This document shows, in pieces, positions 1 to 11,241 of a stretch of 64,000 nucleotides of DNA (positions are counted from its first letter, which is position 1; each line of letters opens with the position of its first letter). Source of the stretch: Hyphomicrobiales bacterium. GTDB lineage: Bacteria > Pseudomonadota > Alphaproteobacteria > Rickettsiales > JACKKO01. The notes below the pieces were generated by a model. The model was not told the DNA's origin and did not search any database. It saw nothing but the letters and a program-made list of their open reading frames with translations. The stretch is taken from positions 17,345 through 81,344 of the forward strand of contig JACKKO010000001.1 of NCBI GenBank assembly GCA_024236395.1. Reading direction: 5' to 3'. The position numbers and the translations under genes were made by a program.

Positions 1-1326
1 TGGCGAGGGGCCATTGCCGGAAAGGCGCTGGCAATTGTTTTTCCCACTTCCACTGAGCAAGTCGCTGGCACGGTAGCGCTTTGCGCACAGCACCATATCC
101 CGCTGGTACCGCAGGGCGGCAATACCGGTCTGGCCGGGGGTAGTGTGCCCGATACCAGCGGGACGGAAATTGTGCTCAGTCTTTCACGCATGAAACGCAT
201 CCGTGAGATTGATACCACAAACCATACCGCCATTGTGGAGGCTGGCTGCATTCTGGCCAGCCTGCACGATGCGTTGGTGCCGCATGATCGCATCTTCCCC
301 ATGCATATTGCTTCCGAAGGCAGCGCCATGATCGGCGGGATTATCGCCACCAATGCCGGCGGCAACAACGTCCTGCGCTATGGTACCACGCGGGAACTGG
401 TGCTGGGGCTGGAAGTCGTGCTGCCAGATGGAAAGATCTGGCACGGGCTGAAGAAATTGCGCAAGGATAATACCGGCTATGATCTCAAGCAGCTTTTTAT
501 GGGGGCGGAAGGCACACTGGGGATTATCACCGCCGCCTGCCTGAAACTTTTCCACACACATCGGCAAACGGAAACCGCCTTTATTGGCCTGCCCTCTGCT
601 GAAGCCGCATTGGCATTGTTGACAAAACTGCGCCAGGCTTCCGGAGATCGTGTGCATGCGTTTGAGTATATTTCTGATACGGCGCTGACGCTGGTCACCA
701 CGCATATTCCCGGTCACCCGCACCCGCTGGGGGAAATATACCCGTGTTATCTGCTAATCGAACTTGCCACGGCACAGCCGGGGGATGATCTGCGCTCGCT
801 GCTGGAATCCACTTTAGCTGATGCGATGGCAGAAGGGCTTGTGCTAAATGCTGCGATTGCCGAGAGCACATCACAAGCGCGTCAGTTCTGGAGCCTGCGC
901 GAACATATCTCCGAGGCCGAACGGCAAATCGGTAAGGGCATTCATTTTGATATCTCGGTGCCGGTTTCTGCCGTACCGGCATTTCTGACACACGCCGATG
1001 CAGTCATTGCACACGCGATTCCGGAAGCCACCATCGTGGCCTTTGGCCATATGGGAGACGGTAATATTCATTACAATCTCTCGCTCCCCAAAACCATTAC
1101 GCCAGAGGCCTTTGCTGAAACAAAAAACACCGCCGCCAAGGTGATTTACCCATTACTCAAAACACATCACGGCAGCATCAGTGCCGAACACGGTATTGGC
1201 ACCCTGCGCCGGAGTGATTTAGCGGCGTTTAAGCCCGCGCTTGATCTTCAGCTGATGCGAAAAATCAAGCAGGCGATTGACCCGGAAAACCAGATGAATC
1301 CCGGACGGGTCATTACAACCGATTAA
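1..1326 (+). CDS. FAD-linked oxidase (GlcD / D-2-hydroxyacid dehydrogenase family), 5' end outside the window
   Basis: Frame 1 is open from nt 1 (WRGAIAGKALAIVFPTSTEQ..PQGGNTGLAGGS) and runs into the listed 145..1326 ORF. It has an FAD-binding N-domain and a C-terminal FGHMGDGNIHYN / SAEHGIG region typical of this family. Confidence 0.8.
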   Translation, partial: WRGAIAGKALAIVFPTSTEQVAGTVALCAQHHIPLVPQGGNTGLAGGSVPDTSGTEIVLSLSRMKRIREIDTTNHTAIVEAGCILASLHDALVPHDRIFPMHIASEGSAMIGGIIATNAGGNNVLRYGTTRELVLGLEVVLPDGKIWHGLKKLRKDNTGYDLKQLFMGAEGTLGIITAACLKLFHTHRQTETAFIGLPSAEAALALLTKLRQASGDRVHAFEYISDTALTLVTTHIPGHPHPLGEIYPCYLLIELATAQPGDDLRSLLESTLADAMAEGLVLNAAIAESTSQARQFWSLREHISEAERQIGKGIHFDISVPVSAVPAFLTHADAVIAHAIPEATIVAFGHMGDGNIHYNLSLPKTITPEAFAETKNTAAKVIYPLLKTHHGSISAEHGIGTLRRSDLAAFKPALDLQLMRKIKQAIDPENQMNPGRVITTD

Positions 1327-2645
1327 GCCTCAGCTTTCTCTTTACGCAACTTCGCCCAGTACTCCAGGCGTTTTTGAATTTCACGTTCAAACCCGCGTGC
1401 CACTGGTTGGTAATAGTGCTGCCTCTCCATTGCCTCGGGAAAATAATTCTGCCCGGAGAATCCTTCTTTCGTATCGTGATCGTAAGCGTAATCTTTGCCG
1501 TACCCTTCTTCCTTCATTAATTTTGTTGGCGCATTCAGGATATGTTTCGGCGGCATCAGGGAACCATGTGTTTTTGCATCCCGCATCACGGCTTTCGAGG
1601 CTTTATAGACGGCGTTGGATTTGGGCGCCGTCGCCAGATACACCGTGGCCTGCATAATTGCCAGTTCTCCTTCCGGACTCCCCAGGAAATCGTATGCTTC
1701 TTTCGCCGCCAATGCCTGATGCACCGCTTCCGGGTCTGCCAGACCAATATCTTCCACTGCGAAACGCACCAGCCGGCGCACGATATAAAGCGGGTTTTCC
1801 CCACCATCCAGCATCCGCGCCAGCCAGTAAAGGGCGGCATCCACATCCGAGCCCCGCAGACTTTTATGTAACGCACTGATAAGGTTGTAATGGCTATCCT
1901 GATGTTTGTCATACACTGGCAAACGGTGCTGTACAAACGCCCCCAGCTTTTCCGTATCCAGTATCTCCCCTTCGGGCAGAGCAAATAACGCTTCGCACAG
2001 ATTCAGCAGGTAACGCCCATCCCCATCCGCCAGTTTCGGCAGGGCAGACCGCGCCGCCTCATCCAGCGGCAGCGTACGTTTTTCAAAAGCTTCTGCCCGT
2101 TCCACCAGCATTAGCAGCGCGTCATCTTCCAGCCGTTTCAGCACCAGCACCCGGCAGCGCGAAAGCAACGCCGGGTTAAGCTCAAAGGATGGGTTCTCCG
2201 TGGTGGCACCGATCAGCGTGATCGTTCCATTTTCAATGTAAGGAAGGAACAAATCCTGCTGCGTGCGGTTGAAACGATGGATTTCATCCACCAGCAATAA
2301 TGTATTTTGTCCTTGCCGATGGCGTTTTTCCGCCTGCTCGAAGACTTTCTTCAAATCCGCCGTGGCGTGGGAAACCGCCGAGAGCGAAGCAAAATGATAT
2401 TCTCCCTGTTCGGCTAACACACGGGCAAGCGTAGTCTTGCCGCATCCCGGTGGTCCCCACAGGATGAGCGATGGCACCTGCCCCTGCTTGAGTGCTAAAT
2501 GCAATTGCGTACCTTCGGCCAGCACGGCTTCCTGTCCGATGATGTCTTTCAGCACCCGTGGACGCATGCGCTCCGCCAGCGGGCGATACCCTTTAGCATG
2601 TTCCGGTTGTGCCGGTTCGTCTAAGCCCAGCGAAAGCGGTTCCAT
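1323..2645 (-). CDS. rarA: Replication-associated recombination protein A (AAA+ ATPase)
   Basis: 440 aa. Walker A GPPGCGKTT, Walker B LLLVDEIHRFN, and a conserved MgsA C-terminal region (YDxHQDSHYNLISALHKSLRGSD). Confidence 0.9.
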   Translation of the reverse strand: MEPLSLGLDEPAQPEHAKGYRPLAERMRPRVLKDIIGQEAVLAEGTQLHLALKQGQVPSLILWGPPGCGKTTLARVLAEQGEYHFASLSAVSHATADLKKVFEQAEKRHRQGQNTLLLVDEIHRFNRTQQDLFLPYIENGTITLIGATTENPSFELNPALLSRCRVLVLKRLEDDALLMLVERAEAFEKRTLPLDEAARSALPKLADGDGRYLLNLCEALFALPEGEILDTEKLGAFVQHRLPVYDKHQDSHYNLISALHKSLRGSDVDAALYWLARMLDGGENPLYIVRRLVRFAVEDIGLADPEAVHQALAAKEAYDFLGSPEGELAIMQATVYLATAPKSNAVYKASKAVMRDAKTHGSLMPPKHILNAPTKLMKEEGYGKDYAYDHDTKEGFSGQNYFPEAMERQHYYQPVARGFEREIQKRLEYWAKLRKEKAEA

Positions 2646-2649
2646 GGCG

Positions 2650-4092
2650 TTACAGCCGTAACGTAAGGGTCAATACCTGCGGCCCACGCTTAATTTTTAG
2701 CACCCATTCCCGCTGCGGTTTGGCAACTGCGCTCCCCACTTCCTGCACCGATTCCATACGCTGATTATTGATATTAGCGATAATATCGCCTTCACTCAGG
2801 CCCAGCCGCGCCGCCGTACTCCCACGTTCCACCGCCAGAATCACCACACCGGAAACCGCATCAAGGCTCAACTCGTCGGCAATCACCGGGGATAGATTAG
2901 CAATCGTTGCCCCGGAAAGCGGATGATCACCCTTTAGTGCTGTTTCCTCACGCGGCACATTCTCCGGTGGTGGTAAAAGGGTAATATGCAATGTCTGTGC
3001 CTGGCCATCACGCAGGATAGTAATTGGCACCACCTCGCCCAGGGTTCCCGTGGCGATCCGGAAGCGCAGCGTCTGTCCGTCTGGGATAGTATGGCTACCC
3101 AGTTTGGTAATGATATCACCCACTTTAATTCCTGCCTGTGCCGCCATGCTTTCCGGATGGACATCGGTTATCAGCACGCCAACTGGCCGCTCCAGCCCCA
3201 GTGAGTCGGCAATATCTGCTGTCACGTCCTGCCCGCCAGCCCCGAGCCACGGACGCACCACGCGCCCGCCGGAAATATGGCTGTGCAGAATACTGCGTAC
3301 CATCGTCGCCGGAATAGCAAACCCAATCCCCAGTGATCCCCCGGTTTTGGAATAAATTGCGCTTGGCACCCCCACGAGCCTTCCCTGCATATCAATCAGC
3401 GCCCCGCCGGAATTCCCCGGGTTAATCGCTGCATCGGTCTGGATGAAGAACTGGTAATCCGCGACACCCACCGTCGTCCGCGCGAGTGCCGAAACAATCC
3501 CGCTGGTCACTGTCTGCCCGACGCCAAACGGGTTGCCGATCGCTAGCACCAGATCGCCCACCTGCAGATGTTCGTCATCACTCAGCGGCAGGTACGGCAG
3601 GGCTTCCTTCGGTGCAATCCGCAGCAGTGCCAGATCGGATTTCTCATCCCTGAGCACGACCTCGGCATCAAACTCGCGCCGGTCGTTGAGCACCACTTTG
3701 ATATCTTCACTATCCTGCACCACATGGAAATTAGTGATAATCAGGCCTTTTGGATCAACAATCACCCCGGAGCCCAGCGAATTGACTACCTTTTCCTTCA
3801 ACGGGCCCAGAAACAGGTTTTTATCAAAGAACTGATTAAAGAACGGGTCTTCCATAAAGGGCGAGAACCGCGACCGTACCCGGACCTTACGGCTGCTATA
3901 GATATTCACCACCGCCGGGGCCGCCCGCTTGACCAATGGGGCATAGGAAAGCTGGATTTCTGCCTGTGTGCTGGGAATTTCCCGCGTGATTTCCTGCGCC
4001 CGGGCTTGAGTTTGGCTGAAGAACGCGCTACATATAGCGGCCAGCAGGAGTATCGCCCCCGCCTTCCGCCAGATTGGGAATATCGTTTGCAT
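2650..4092 (-). CDS. degP: Do-family periplasmic serine endoprotease (DegP/HtrA) with two PDZ domains
   Basis: Catalytic motifs TNFHVV, DLALL and GNSGGAL, followed by two PDZ-like regions. The signal peptide begins at the second Met (MQTIFPIWRKAGAILLLAAICSAF), so I place the start at 4092 rather than 4140. Confidence 0.9.
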   Translation of the reverse strand: MQTIFPIWRKAGAILLLAAICSAFFSQTQARAQEITREIPSTQAEIQLSYAPLVKRAAPAVVNIYSSRKVRVRSRFSPFMEDPFFNQFFDKNLFLGPLKEKVVNSLGSGVIVDPKGLIITNFHVVQDSEDIKVVLNDRREFDAEVVLRDEKSDLALLRIAPKEALPYLPLSDDEHLQVGDLVLAIGNPFGVGQTVTSGIVSALARTTVGVADYQFFIQTDAAINPGNSGGALIDMQGRLVGVPSAIYSKTGGSLGIGFAIPATMVRSILHSHISGGRVVRPWLGAGGQDVTADIADSLGLERPVGVLITDVHPESMAAQAGIKVGDIITKLGSHTIPDGQTLRFRIATGTLGEVVPITILRDGQAQTLHITLLPPPENVPREETALKGDHPLSGATIANLSPVIADELSLDAVSGVVILAVERGSTAARLGLSEGDIIANINNQRMESVQEVGSAVAKPQREWVLKIKRGPQVLTLTLRL

Positions 4093-4104
4093 AGGTGAAA
4101 TATA

Positions 4105-5247
4105 GTGCCGCTTTCTGAGAATACAACGCCCAACACGCAAAAGCTCAACAGCCTTGGTGTGCCCAAGGCACCAAAGGATACGCGCGTGGTCGTAGCGATG
4201 TCTGGCGGGGTGGATAGCTCCACCGTTGCCGCGCTACTGGCTGAGGAAGGCTATAACGTGATTGGCCTGACCATGCAGCTTTATGATCACGGCGAAGCGC
4301 TGGCCAAAAAAGGAGCCTGTTGTGCCGGGCAGGATATTCACGATGCCCGCCAGGTAGCCGAGCAGCTGGGCTTTCCGCATTATGTACTGAATTATGAAAG
4401 CCGCTTCAAGGAAGCAGTGATGAATGCGTTTGCCGAAAGTTACCTGCGCGGGGAAACACCGATCCCCTGCGTGCGCTGTAACCAGACCGTGAAATTCCGC
4501 GATATGCTGGGCATGGCCAAAGAGCTGGGCGCAGATGTACTCGCCACCGGGCATTATGTCCACCGTACCGACGGGCCGGAGGGCCCTGAGCTCCACATCC
4601 CGGCAGACCGGCAGAAGGATCAGAGCTATTTCCTGTTTACTACCACCCGGCCACAACTGGATTTTCTTCGTTTCCCACTTGGTTTATTAACTAAAGAGGA
4701 AACAAGACTGCAGGCAAAGCGTCTGGGGCTTCTGGTGGATGATAAACCGGATAGTCAGGATATCTGTTTTGTCCCCGGCGGGAATTATGCCTCGGTGGTG
4801 GCGAAGTTGCGCCCGGAGGCCTATGACCCCGGTGAAATCGTCCATCTGGATGGCACGGTGCTGGGGAGGCATGAGGGAATTATTCATTTCACCGTGGGGC
4901 AGCGACGGGGATTGCGCGTGGCGGTGGGAGATCCGCTTTATGTCATCCGCGTAGAACCGGAAACCCGCCGGGTGATTGTCGGCCCACGAGAAGCGCTGGG
5001 GCAAACCGAACTGTGGATACAGGATATTAACTGGCTGGCCGCTCCCATCCCGGCAGACGGGCTGGAAGCCAGCGTGAAACTGCGCAGCACCATGGCGCCC
5101 GTCCCGGCCACGCTCCACCCACCCGATACGAACGGCAAAGCCCGTGTGGTGCTGCATCAGCCGGAAGACGCCATCACGCCCGGCCAGGCCTGCGTGGCTT
5201 ATGACGGCACACGTGTGCTGGGGGGTGGCTGGATTATCAGAGGGTAG
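4105..5247 (+). CDS. mnmA: tRNA 2-thiouridine(34) synthase
   Basis: PP-loop [10 protein letters not shown], conserved CxxC region (IPCVRCN) and full-length architecture. The GTG start at 4105 is uncertain. Confidence 0.9.
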   Translation: MPLSENTTPNTQKLNSLGVPKAPKDTRVVVAMSGGVDSSTVAALLAEEGYNVIGLTMQLYDHGEALAKKGACCAGQDIHDARQVAEQLGFPHYVLNYESRFKEAVMNAFAESYLRGETPIPCVRCNQTVKFRDMLGMAKELGADVLATGHYVHRTDGPEGPELHIPADRQKDQSYFLFTTTRPQLDFLRFPLGLLTKEETRLQAKRLGLLVDDKPDSQDICFVPGGNYASVVAKLRPEAYDPGEIVHLDGTVLGRHEGIIHFTVGQRRGLRVAVGDPLYVIRVEPETRRVIVGPREALGQTELWIQDINWLAAPIPADGLEASVKLRSTMAPVPATLHPPDTNGKARVVLHQPEDAITPGQACVAYDGTRVLGGGWIIRG

Positions 5248-5262
5248 CAGCACCAGCAGGCG

Positions 5263-5514
5263 CTACACATTCGCGCCGTAGGTATCGCGCAGGTGTTGTT
5301 TCAGCTCTTCGGAAGGCTCACCCCAGCCGGAGGCCACAATATCCCCATAATCCGGCAGATGGATGGTAGCATCCTTTTTCTTTAAAAGTGCGTCAAATCG
5401 TTTTTCCTTACCCAACGCAACATTCAATACATAGTAAGCCTTCTGGTAGGGAAACGGTTGTGTTTCAATATAGCGTATGTTTCTTCTGAGAATGGGTACT
5501 TTTCCGGTATTCAT
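5263..5514 (-). CDS. Hypothetical protein, 83 aa
   Basis: ORF starts 1 nt after the stop of the upstream 292-aa ORF, suggesting coupled translation. No family recognised. AT-richer than its neighbours. Confidence 0.5.
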   Translation of the reverse strand: MNTGKVPILRRNIRYIETQPFPYQKAYYVLNVALGKEKRFDALLKKKDATIHLPDYGDIVASGWGEPSEELKQHLRDTYGANV

Positions 5515-5515
5515 T

Positions 5516-6394
5516 TCATCGCATAATAGTTGTATAGGGTGGCTGTTGAAGATGCTTAGTTACCTCATCTGCACTTATTGTTTCTGTTGGTTTCTGCTGG
5601 ACGTTACGTAGAAATTCCTCAAAAGCACTGAGTGCATTTTCTTTCACAAATAGTTGTAAGCCTACTAATCTTTCCTCTTCTTGTTTTATTGATGTTGCCA
5701 CGATAGCGCAGCTATCCTCCCCCATTTCTTGTTTGCCAGAGGTAGGGAGCTGATCCAGCACAGTTTTAAAATGCTGGGCCATAAGTGCTTTAACATACGC
5801 CGCAGCCCCCACGCTATTTTCTTGCGGAAGATAGATATCCATTTGATAGGTTCTACCGCTAATATTTCTTTGTTTACGGTCTATTGCATCTAGAATCATC
5901 CCTGCTACATGAGGAATTGGCTTTCCCTCATGTGCAATTGCAAACTCCTTTAACTGAGTTTGCAATTTTTCATTTGTTAGGTTTAAGGTTAGCTGGGGAT
6001 TTTCCTCAAATTTAGCGGCCTGTGCTACTTTTAATATATCTTGCCTCAACGTTTTATTCGTTGGCAATCGTAAGGTTACATTCTGTGTGGTTTCATTATA
6101 CCCCACATAAAATTCTTTCCGTTTAGCTGCAGGAGGTTTGTAGGCATCCTCTATCTTCACATATCCCGCTTTTTCCAGGATACGTTTGATTTCTGCCACT
6201 ACAGCAACTCCTGTTTCCTTATTAAGTTTAAGCTGAATATTTGCAGCATAACCTTCCTTATTTATATTAATTTTCTCACCAGAACCTAGATTTAGTAATT
6301 CGACCGTACCTGTTTCGGAACCAGAACTTGGCACCTTATCCAGCGCAAAAATCATTGCAGTAGCAATATTACGGTTTTGTTTGTCTGTCTGCAT
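5516..6394 (-). CDS. Hypothetical protein, 292 aa
   Basis: Long ORF in an AT-rich segment with no competing ORF. No recognisable motif, signal peptide or TM segment. Confidence 0.55.
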   Translation of the reverse strand: MQTDKQNRNIATAMIFALDKVPSSGSETGTVELLNLGSGEKININKEGYAANIQLKLNKETGVAVVAEIKRILEKAGYVKIEDAYKPPAAKRKEFYVGYNETTQNVTLRLPTNKTLRQDILKVAQAAKFEENPQLTLNLTNEKLQTQLKEFAIAHEGKPIPHVAGMILDAIDRKQRNISGRTYQMDIYLPQENSVGAAAYVKALMAQHFKTVLDQLPTSGKQEMGEDSCAIVATSIKQEEERLVGLQLFVKENALSAFEEFLRNVQQKPTETISADEVTKHLQQPPYTTIMR

Positions 6395-6442
6395 TCTAAT
6401 CTCACTAGATTACAATAGCGTAAGGCACCTATATACATGTCA

Positions 6443-6464
6443 TATTAGCTGTTAATAGCTAATA
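6443..6464. promoter_or_regulatory. AT-rich palindrome tattagct-gttaat-agctaata between the ArsR gene and the orphan pair
   Basis: 8-bp perfect arms with a 6-nt spacer, read directly. It lies 49 nt upstream of the 292-aa ORF start. It could be an operator or a weak hairpin. Confidence 0.25.
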
Positions 6465-6496
6465 ATTCATTAAAAGAAGAAAACAGTAAAGAAAAA

Positions 6497-6853
6497 TTAG
6501 AAACCGGTATCGATCACTTCCAGCGGACGCTCAACGGCAGGCTGTTGTTCCAGCGGACGATTTTCAACGATATATTGCTCAAGGAAATGTACAAATGCCG
6601 CAGCACTGGCCACCGGAGCCATCCGTGCACGGCAGATAATGGTCGTCGCGCGGCGCTCTTTTTCCACCAGCCCGGCTTTTTCCAAAATACGAATATGCTT
6701 GGAAACTGCTGCCAGCGACATATCGAACGGCTCGGCCAGTTCACCCACACTGCATGGTTCATTCACCAGACGCGCCAGTATCTTGCGTCGCGTACTATTG
6801 GCCAGCGCACCGTAAACGGCATCAAGTTCTTGTGAGCGATATTTCTTAACCAT
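6497..6853 (-). CDS. ArsR/SmtB-family winged-helix transcriptional regulator
   Basis: HTH core LANSTRRKILARLVNEPCSVGELAEPFDMSLAAVSKHIRILEKAGLV. Start placed at internal Met 23 (MVKKYRSQ); the longer ORF extends to 6919. Confidence 0.8.
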   Translation of the reverse strand: MVKKYRSQELDAVYGALANSTRRKILARLVNEPCSVGELAEPFDMSLAAVSKHIRILEKAGLVEKERRATTIICRARMAPVASAAAFVHFLEQYIVENRPLEQQPAVERPLEVIDTGF

Positions 6854-6926
6854 GTGCGCGACTATACCAGCGTTTAATGGAGAGTCAATGGGTTTATTAA
6901 CAAAAATTAGTAAAAACACACATTTT

Positions 6927-6944
6927 TAACGCACAAGCGTTAAC
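6927..6944. promoter_or_regulatory. Palindrome TTAACGC-acaa-GCGTTAA upstream of the ArsR-family gene (candidate operator)
   Basis: 7-bp perfect inverted repeat. No U-tract on either strand, so it is not a terminator. Its position about 75-90 nt upstream of the regulator start fits autoregulation. Confidence 0.3.
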
Positions 6945-7034
6945 AACCTATCTCCCTGAGGTCATGCCAGATTATTATTTCACTCCTTTAGAAATGCTTA
7001 ATTTTATGGGGTTTTTGCGTTTTCCCTGTGTAAC

Positions 7035-7943
7035 CTATCCCAACAGGCTACGCGCAAAACCCTCCGGCTCAAAAGGCTGCAAATCTTCAATGGACTCTCC
7101 CACCCCGACGGCATGGATCGGCAGGCCAAACCGTTCAGCCAGCGCCACCACCACACCGCCCTTGGCGGTACCATCCAGCTTGGTGACGATCAGCCCGCTT
7201 ATCTGCACCATCTCACTGAACACTTCGGCCTGTTTATGGGCATTCTGCCCGGTTGTCCCATCCAGCACCAGCACGGTATCATGCGGAGCATCTGGATCCA
7301 GCTTCTTCAATACCCGCATGATTTTGACCAGTTCCTCCATCAAGCCGGCTTTATTCTGCAACCGTCCGGCGGTATCAATAAACACAATATCCACCTCTTC
7401 CGCCCGTGCTTTCTCCAGCGCGGTATAGGCCACACTGGCCGGGTCAGCCTGTGGATTGCCGCGCACCAGTTCGCACCCGGAACGCTCCGCCCACACCGCC
7501 AGCTGCTCCGCGGCGGCTGCTCGGAAGGTATCACATGCCACTAGCATGACCTTTTTCCCCTGCTGCCGTGCCCGCAGCGCCAGCTTACCCAGCGTGGTCG
7601 TCTTCCCGTTACCGTTTACCCCCACCATCATCACCACTTGCGGGCGGGCGGGCTTATCCAGTGAAAGGGGGATCGCCACCGGACGCAGCACCTCAGCGAT
7701 CTCCTGCGCCAGTGCGTTTTTTACTTCCTCCGAACTGATATCCTTGCCAAATCTTGTCCGACCAAACCGTGCCACTACCCGTGACGCCACTTCCGAACCC
7801 AGATCTGCCATGACCAGCAGATCTTCCAGCTCCTCCAGCATGGCATCATCCAGCTTGCGATGGGTGAAAATGGTGCTGATGCCTTCCGAGAGCTTACTGG
7901 AGCTTTTGGATAACCCGGCTTTTAAGCGTGAGAGCCAATTCAT
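7035..7943 (-). CDS. ftsY: Signal recognition particle receptor (short form, NG domain only)
   Basis: GVNGNGKTTTLGKLA P-loop, DTAGRL and TKLDGTAKGG SRP-GTPase motifs. 302 aa. Confidence 0.9.
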   Translation of the reverse strand: MNWLSRLKAGLSKSSSKLSEGISTIFTHRKLDDAMLEELEDLLVMADLGSEVASRVVARFGRTRFGKDISSEEVKNALAQEIAEVLRPVAIPLSLDKPARPQVVMMVGVNGNGKTTTLGKLALRARQQGKKVMLVACDTFRAAAAEQLAVWAERSGCELVRGNPQADPASVAYTALEKARAEEVDIVFIDTAGRLQNKAGLMEELVKIMRVLKKLDPDAPHDTVLVLDGTTGQNAHKQAEVFSEMVQISGLIVTKLDGTAKGGVVVALAERFGLPIHAVGVGESIEDLQPFEPEGFARSLLG

Positions 7944-8074
7944 TCCTTACCTATTTATTAATACGATTTTAACGCTATATCCGTTTTTGCCTATTTTTCT
8001 GCATTTAGTTAAAATTTTGTTAACCTTTTTTTGCTATCCTGACACTATAGAGTTAAAGGAATACGATTAGCAAC

Positions 8075-9196
8075 ATGCGCTTTCCAAATTTTACACCCAC
8101 TGAATCGATTGCTTATTTTTACAATACGTTAAAGGAACTCAATATTTTCACATTAGGAAGCTCACGTTACGAACACGCTATCTTTCGGATGTTTCGTGAG
8201 TACGATGAATCCTCTTTCGTGGAGAATGAGGAAGAAAAAAAGAAAAAGGACGAAGACGGAGAAGAACTTGCTCAAATCGGTGCCGAACAAATGCAGGCGG
8301 AGTTAGAGCAATTTTCTGTTTTTATTAAGTCACCTCTAAAATCAGCGCGGCGCTGGTGGGATAATTTATTTTCGCATCGTTCGGATACTCCCGATTACTC
8401 GGGGGAGAAGCAAGGGGGTATCCGAACTTTTTCAGAAGTGCTTAGTGGTGCGGTATTATTTACCAAACTTCATCCTTCCCTTACTCCCTATACGGCACCA
8501 TTAAATGCCTTGGCACAGGCCACATCACTAACTACTACTGGTGTTATTAGTTCTGTTGCCAGCAATATGACCTTAGCCTCAGCAATCACTTCTGACACAA
8601 TTGCCCCAACAAATACCACTCCTCCCCCCGTCCCAACAGTACCTGAAACCCTCCAAATAAGCCGCAATAGTGAACAGCACCTTCGTGCCAACGAGACACT
8701 TATCCTATTATCTCCAAGTAGTTTGCCCGAGAATCTCTATTTCTATGTACGCCCTGGTAATCCGAATGCATTACTACTTTTCCCGGACACGAGTCCAGAC
8801 ATCAATAGCACTCTGCCATTTACTTCACCGGGCAAAATGGACCTCCTGGAGGGTTTGAAGGCAGTCTTACCGGCAGAACATTATGATGCATATATTACAT
8901 CCCTGAAACAGGAGCTGAAACGGGCTCAAGAAACTAATACACCTGTCATGGTGTATGCGGGTCGTGATGCGGATGGTAATGTCACATTGCAGACCAAACA
9001 ATACCCTGTCGAAACCCATCGTTCAAACAACAATCCGCAGCCACGCCAGTTCCTGGATGCTCTGTTTAACCAAACACCTGATATATCAAGTGACCCCATT
9101 ACCCCAGCCACCTCTCTGTCTCCCCCTGCAATCGAATCCGTATCCGGGATAAAACAGCGGGAAAATGGCTACACACCGGATTTCTTCGCCCCATAA
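8075..9196 (+). CDS. Hypothetical protein, 373 aa, with an acidic/lysine cluster and a Pro/Ser/Thr-rich centre
   Basis: Only long ORF in an AT-rich segment. It is divergent from ftsY across an AT-rich 131-nt spacer. No family recognised. Confidence 0.5.
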   Translation: MRFPNFTPTESIAYFYNTLKELNIFTLGSSRYEHAIFRMFREYDESSFVENEEEKKKKDEDGEELAQIGAEQMQAELEQFSVFIKSPLKSARRWWDNLFSHRSDTPDYSGEKQGGIRTFSEVLSGAVLFTKLHPSLTPYTAPLNALAQATSLTTTGVISSVASNMTLASAITSDTIAPTNTTPPPVPTVPETLQISRNSEQHLRANETLILLSPSSLPENLYFYVRPGNPNALLLFPDTSPDINSTLPFTSPGKMDLLEGLKAVLPAEHYDAYITSLKQELKRAQETNTPVMVYAGRDADGNVTLQTKQYPVETHRSNNNPQPRQFLDALFNQTPDISSDPITPATSLSPPAIESVSGIKQRENGYTPDFFAP

Positions 9197-9254
9197 TCTA
9201 TCTCCGCCTATAAAACGACGATTTAGACTGGCCAAACCGGCCAAAATGCGTTAA

Positions 9255-10496
<1,242 letters not shown>

Positions 10497-10509
10497 GCAG
10501 TAAGAAGGA

Positions 10510-11238
10510 TTACTCCTCTTCTTCATCCTCTCCTGGTTTATCTATCGTATACCCGGCAGCGCGAACGGTACGGATCACCCGCTCCAGCCCTGGAGCAGCT
10601 TCTTCAAGCACCTTCCGGATGCGACGGATATGGACATCTACCGTGCGAACATCCACGTAGGCATCCTGCCCCCACACACTGTCCAGTAACTGTTCTCGAC
10701 TATAGACCATGCCCGGGCGCTCCATCAGCCGGCAGAGCAGGTAAAATTCCTTCGGCCCCAGATGCACCTGCTTACCCAGACACAGTACGCGATGGGCATC
10801 CAGATCAATCTCAATCCCGGCATATTCCAGCTTCTTTTCTTCCAGTACCGGGCGTGTGCGGCGTAATACGGCATGAATCCGTGCAATCAGTTCCCGCGGG
10901 GAGAACGGCTTGGCAATATAATCGTCTGCTCCACTATCCAGCCCTTTGACCTTATCAGACTCTTCCCCACGCGCTGTCAGCATAATGATCGGCACCGAGC
11001 GTGTCACATCCTTCTCGCGCATGCGGCGGCATACTTCCACCCCGGAAAGCGAGGGCAGCATCCAGTCCAGCAACACCAGGTCTGGCACGTTCTCTTCCAC
11101 CATCCATAGTGCCTCTTCACCATCGTCTGTACAGTCAACGGTGAAACCTTCTTTTTTCAGGTTATAGGCAAGCAACTCCTGAATGGCAGATTCATCCTCC
11201 ACCACCAGAATGCGTGCTTTGAGTCCTTCGTCTACCAT
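10510..11238 (-). CDS. phoB: Phosphate regulon response regulator (OmpR family)
   Basis: Receiver domain (ILVVEDE, DLVLLDWMLP) plus winged-helix output domain. It lies directly downstream of pstB. Confidence 0.9.
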   Translation of the reverse strand: MVDEGLKARILVVEDESAIQELLAYNLKKEGFTVDCTDDGEEALWMVEENVPDLVLLDWMLPSLSGVEVCRRMREKDVTRSVPIIMLTARGEESDKVKGLDSGADDYIAKPFSPRELIARIHAVLRRTRPVLEEKKLEYAGIEIDLDAHRVLCLGKQVHLGPKEFYLLCRLMERPGMVYSREQLLDSVWGQDAYVDVRTVDVHIRRIRKVLEEAAPGLERVIRTVRAAGYTIDKPGEDEEEE

Positions 11239-11241
11239 CGC

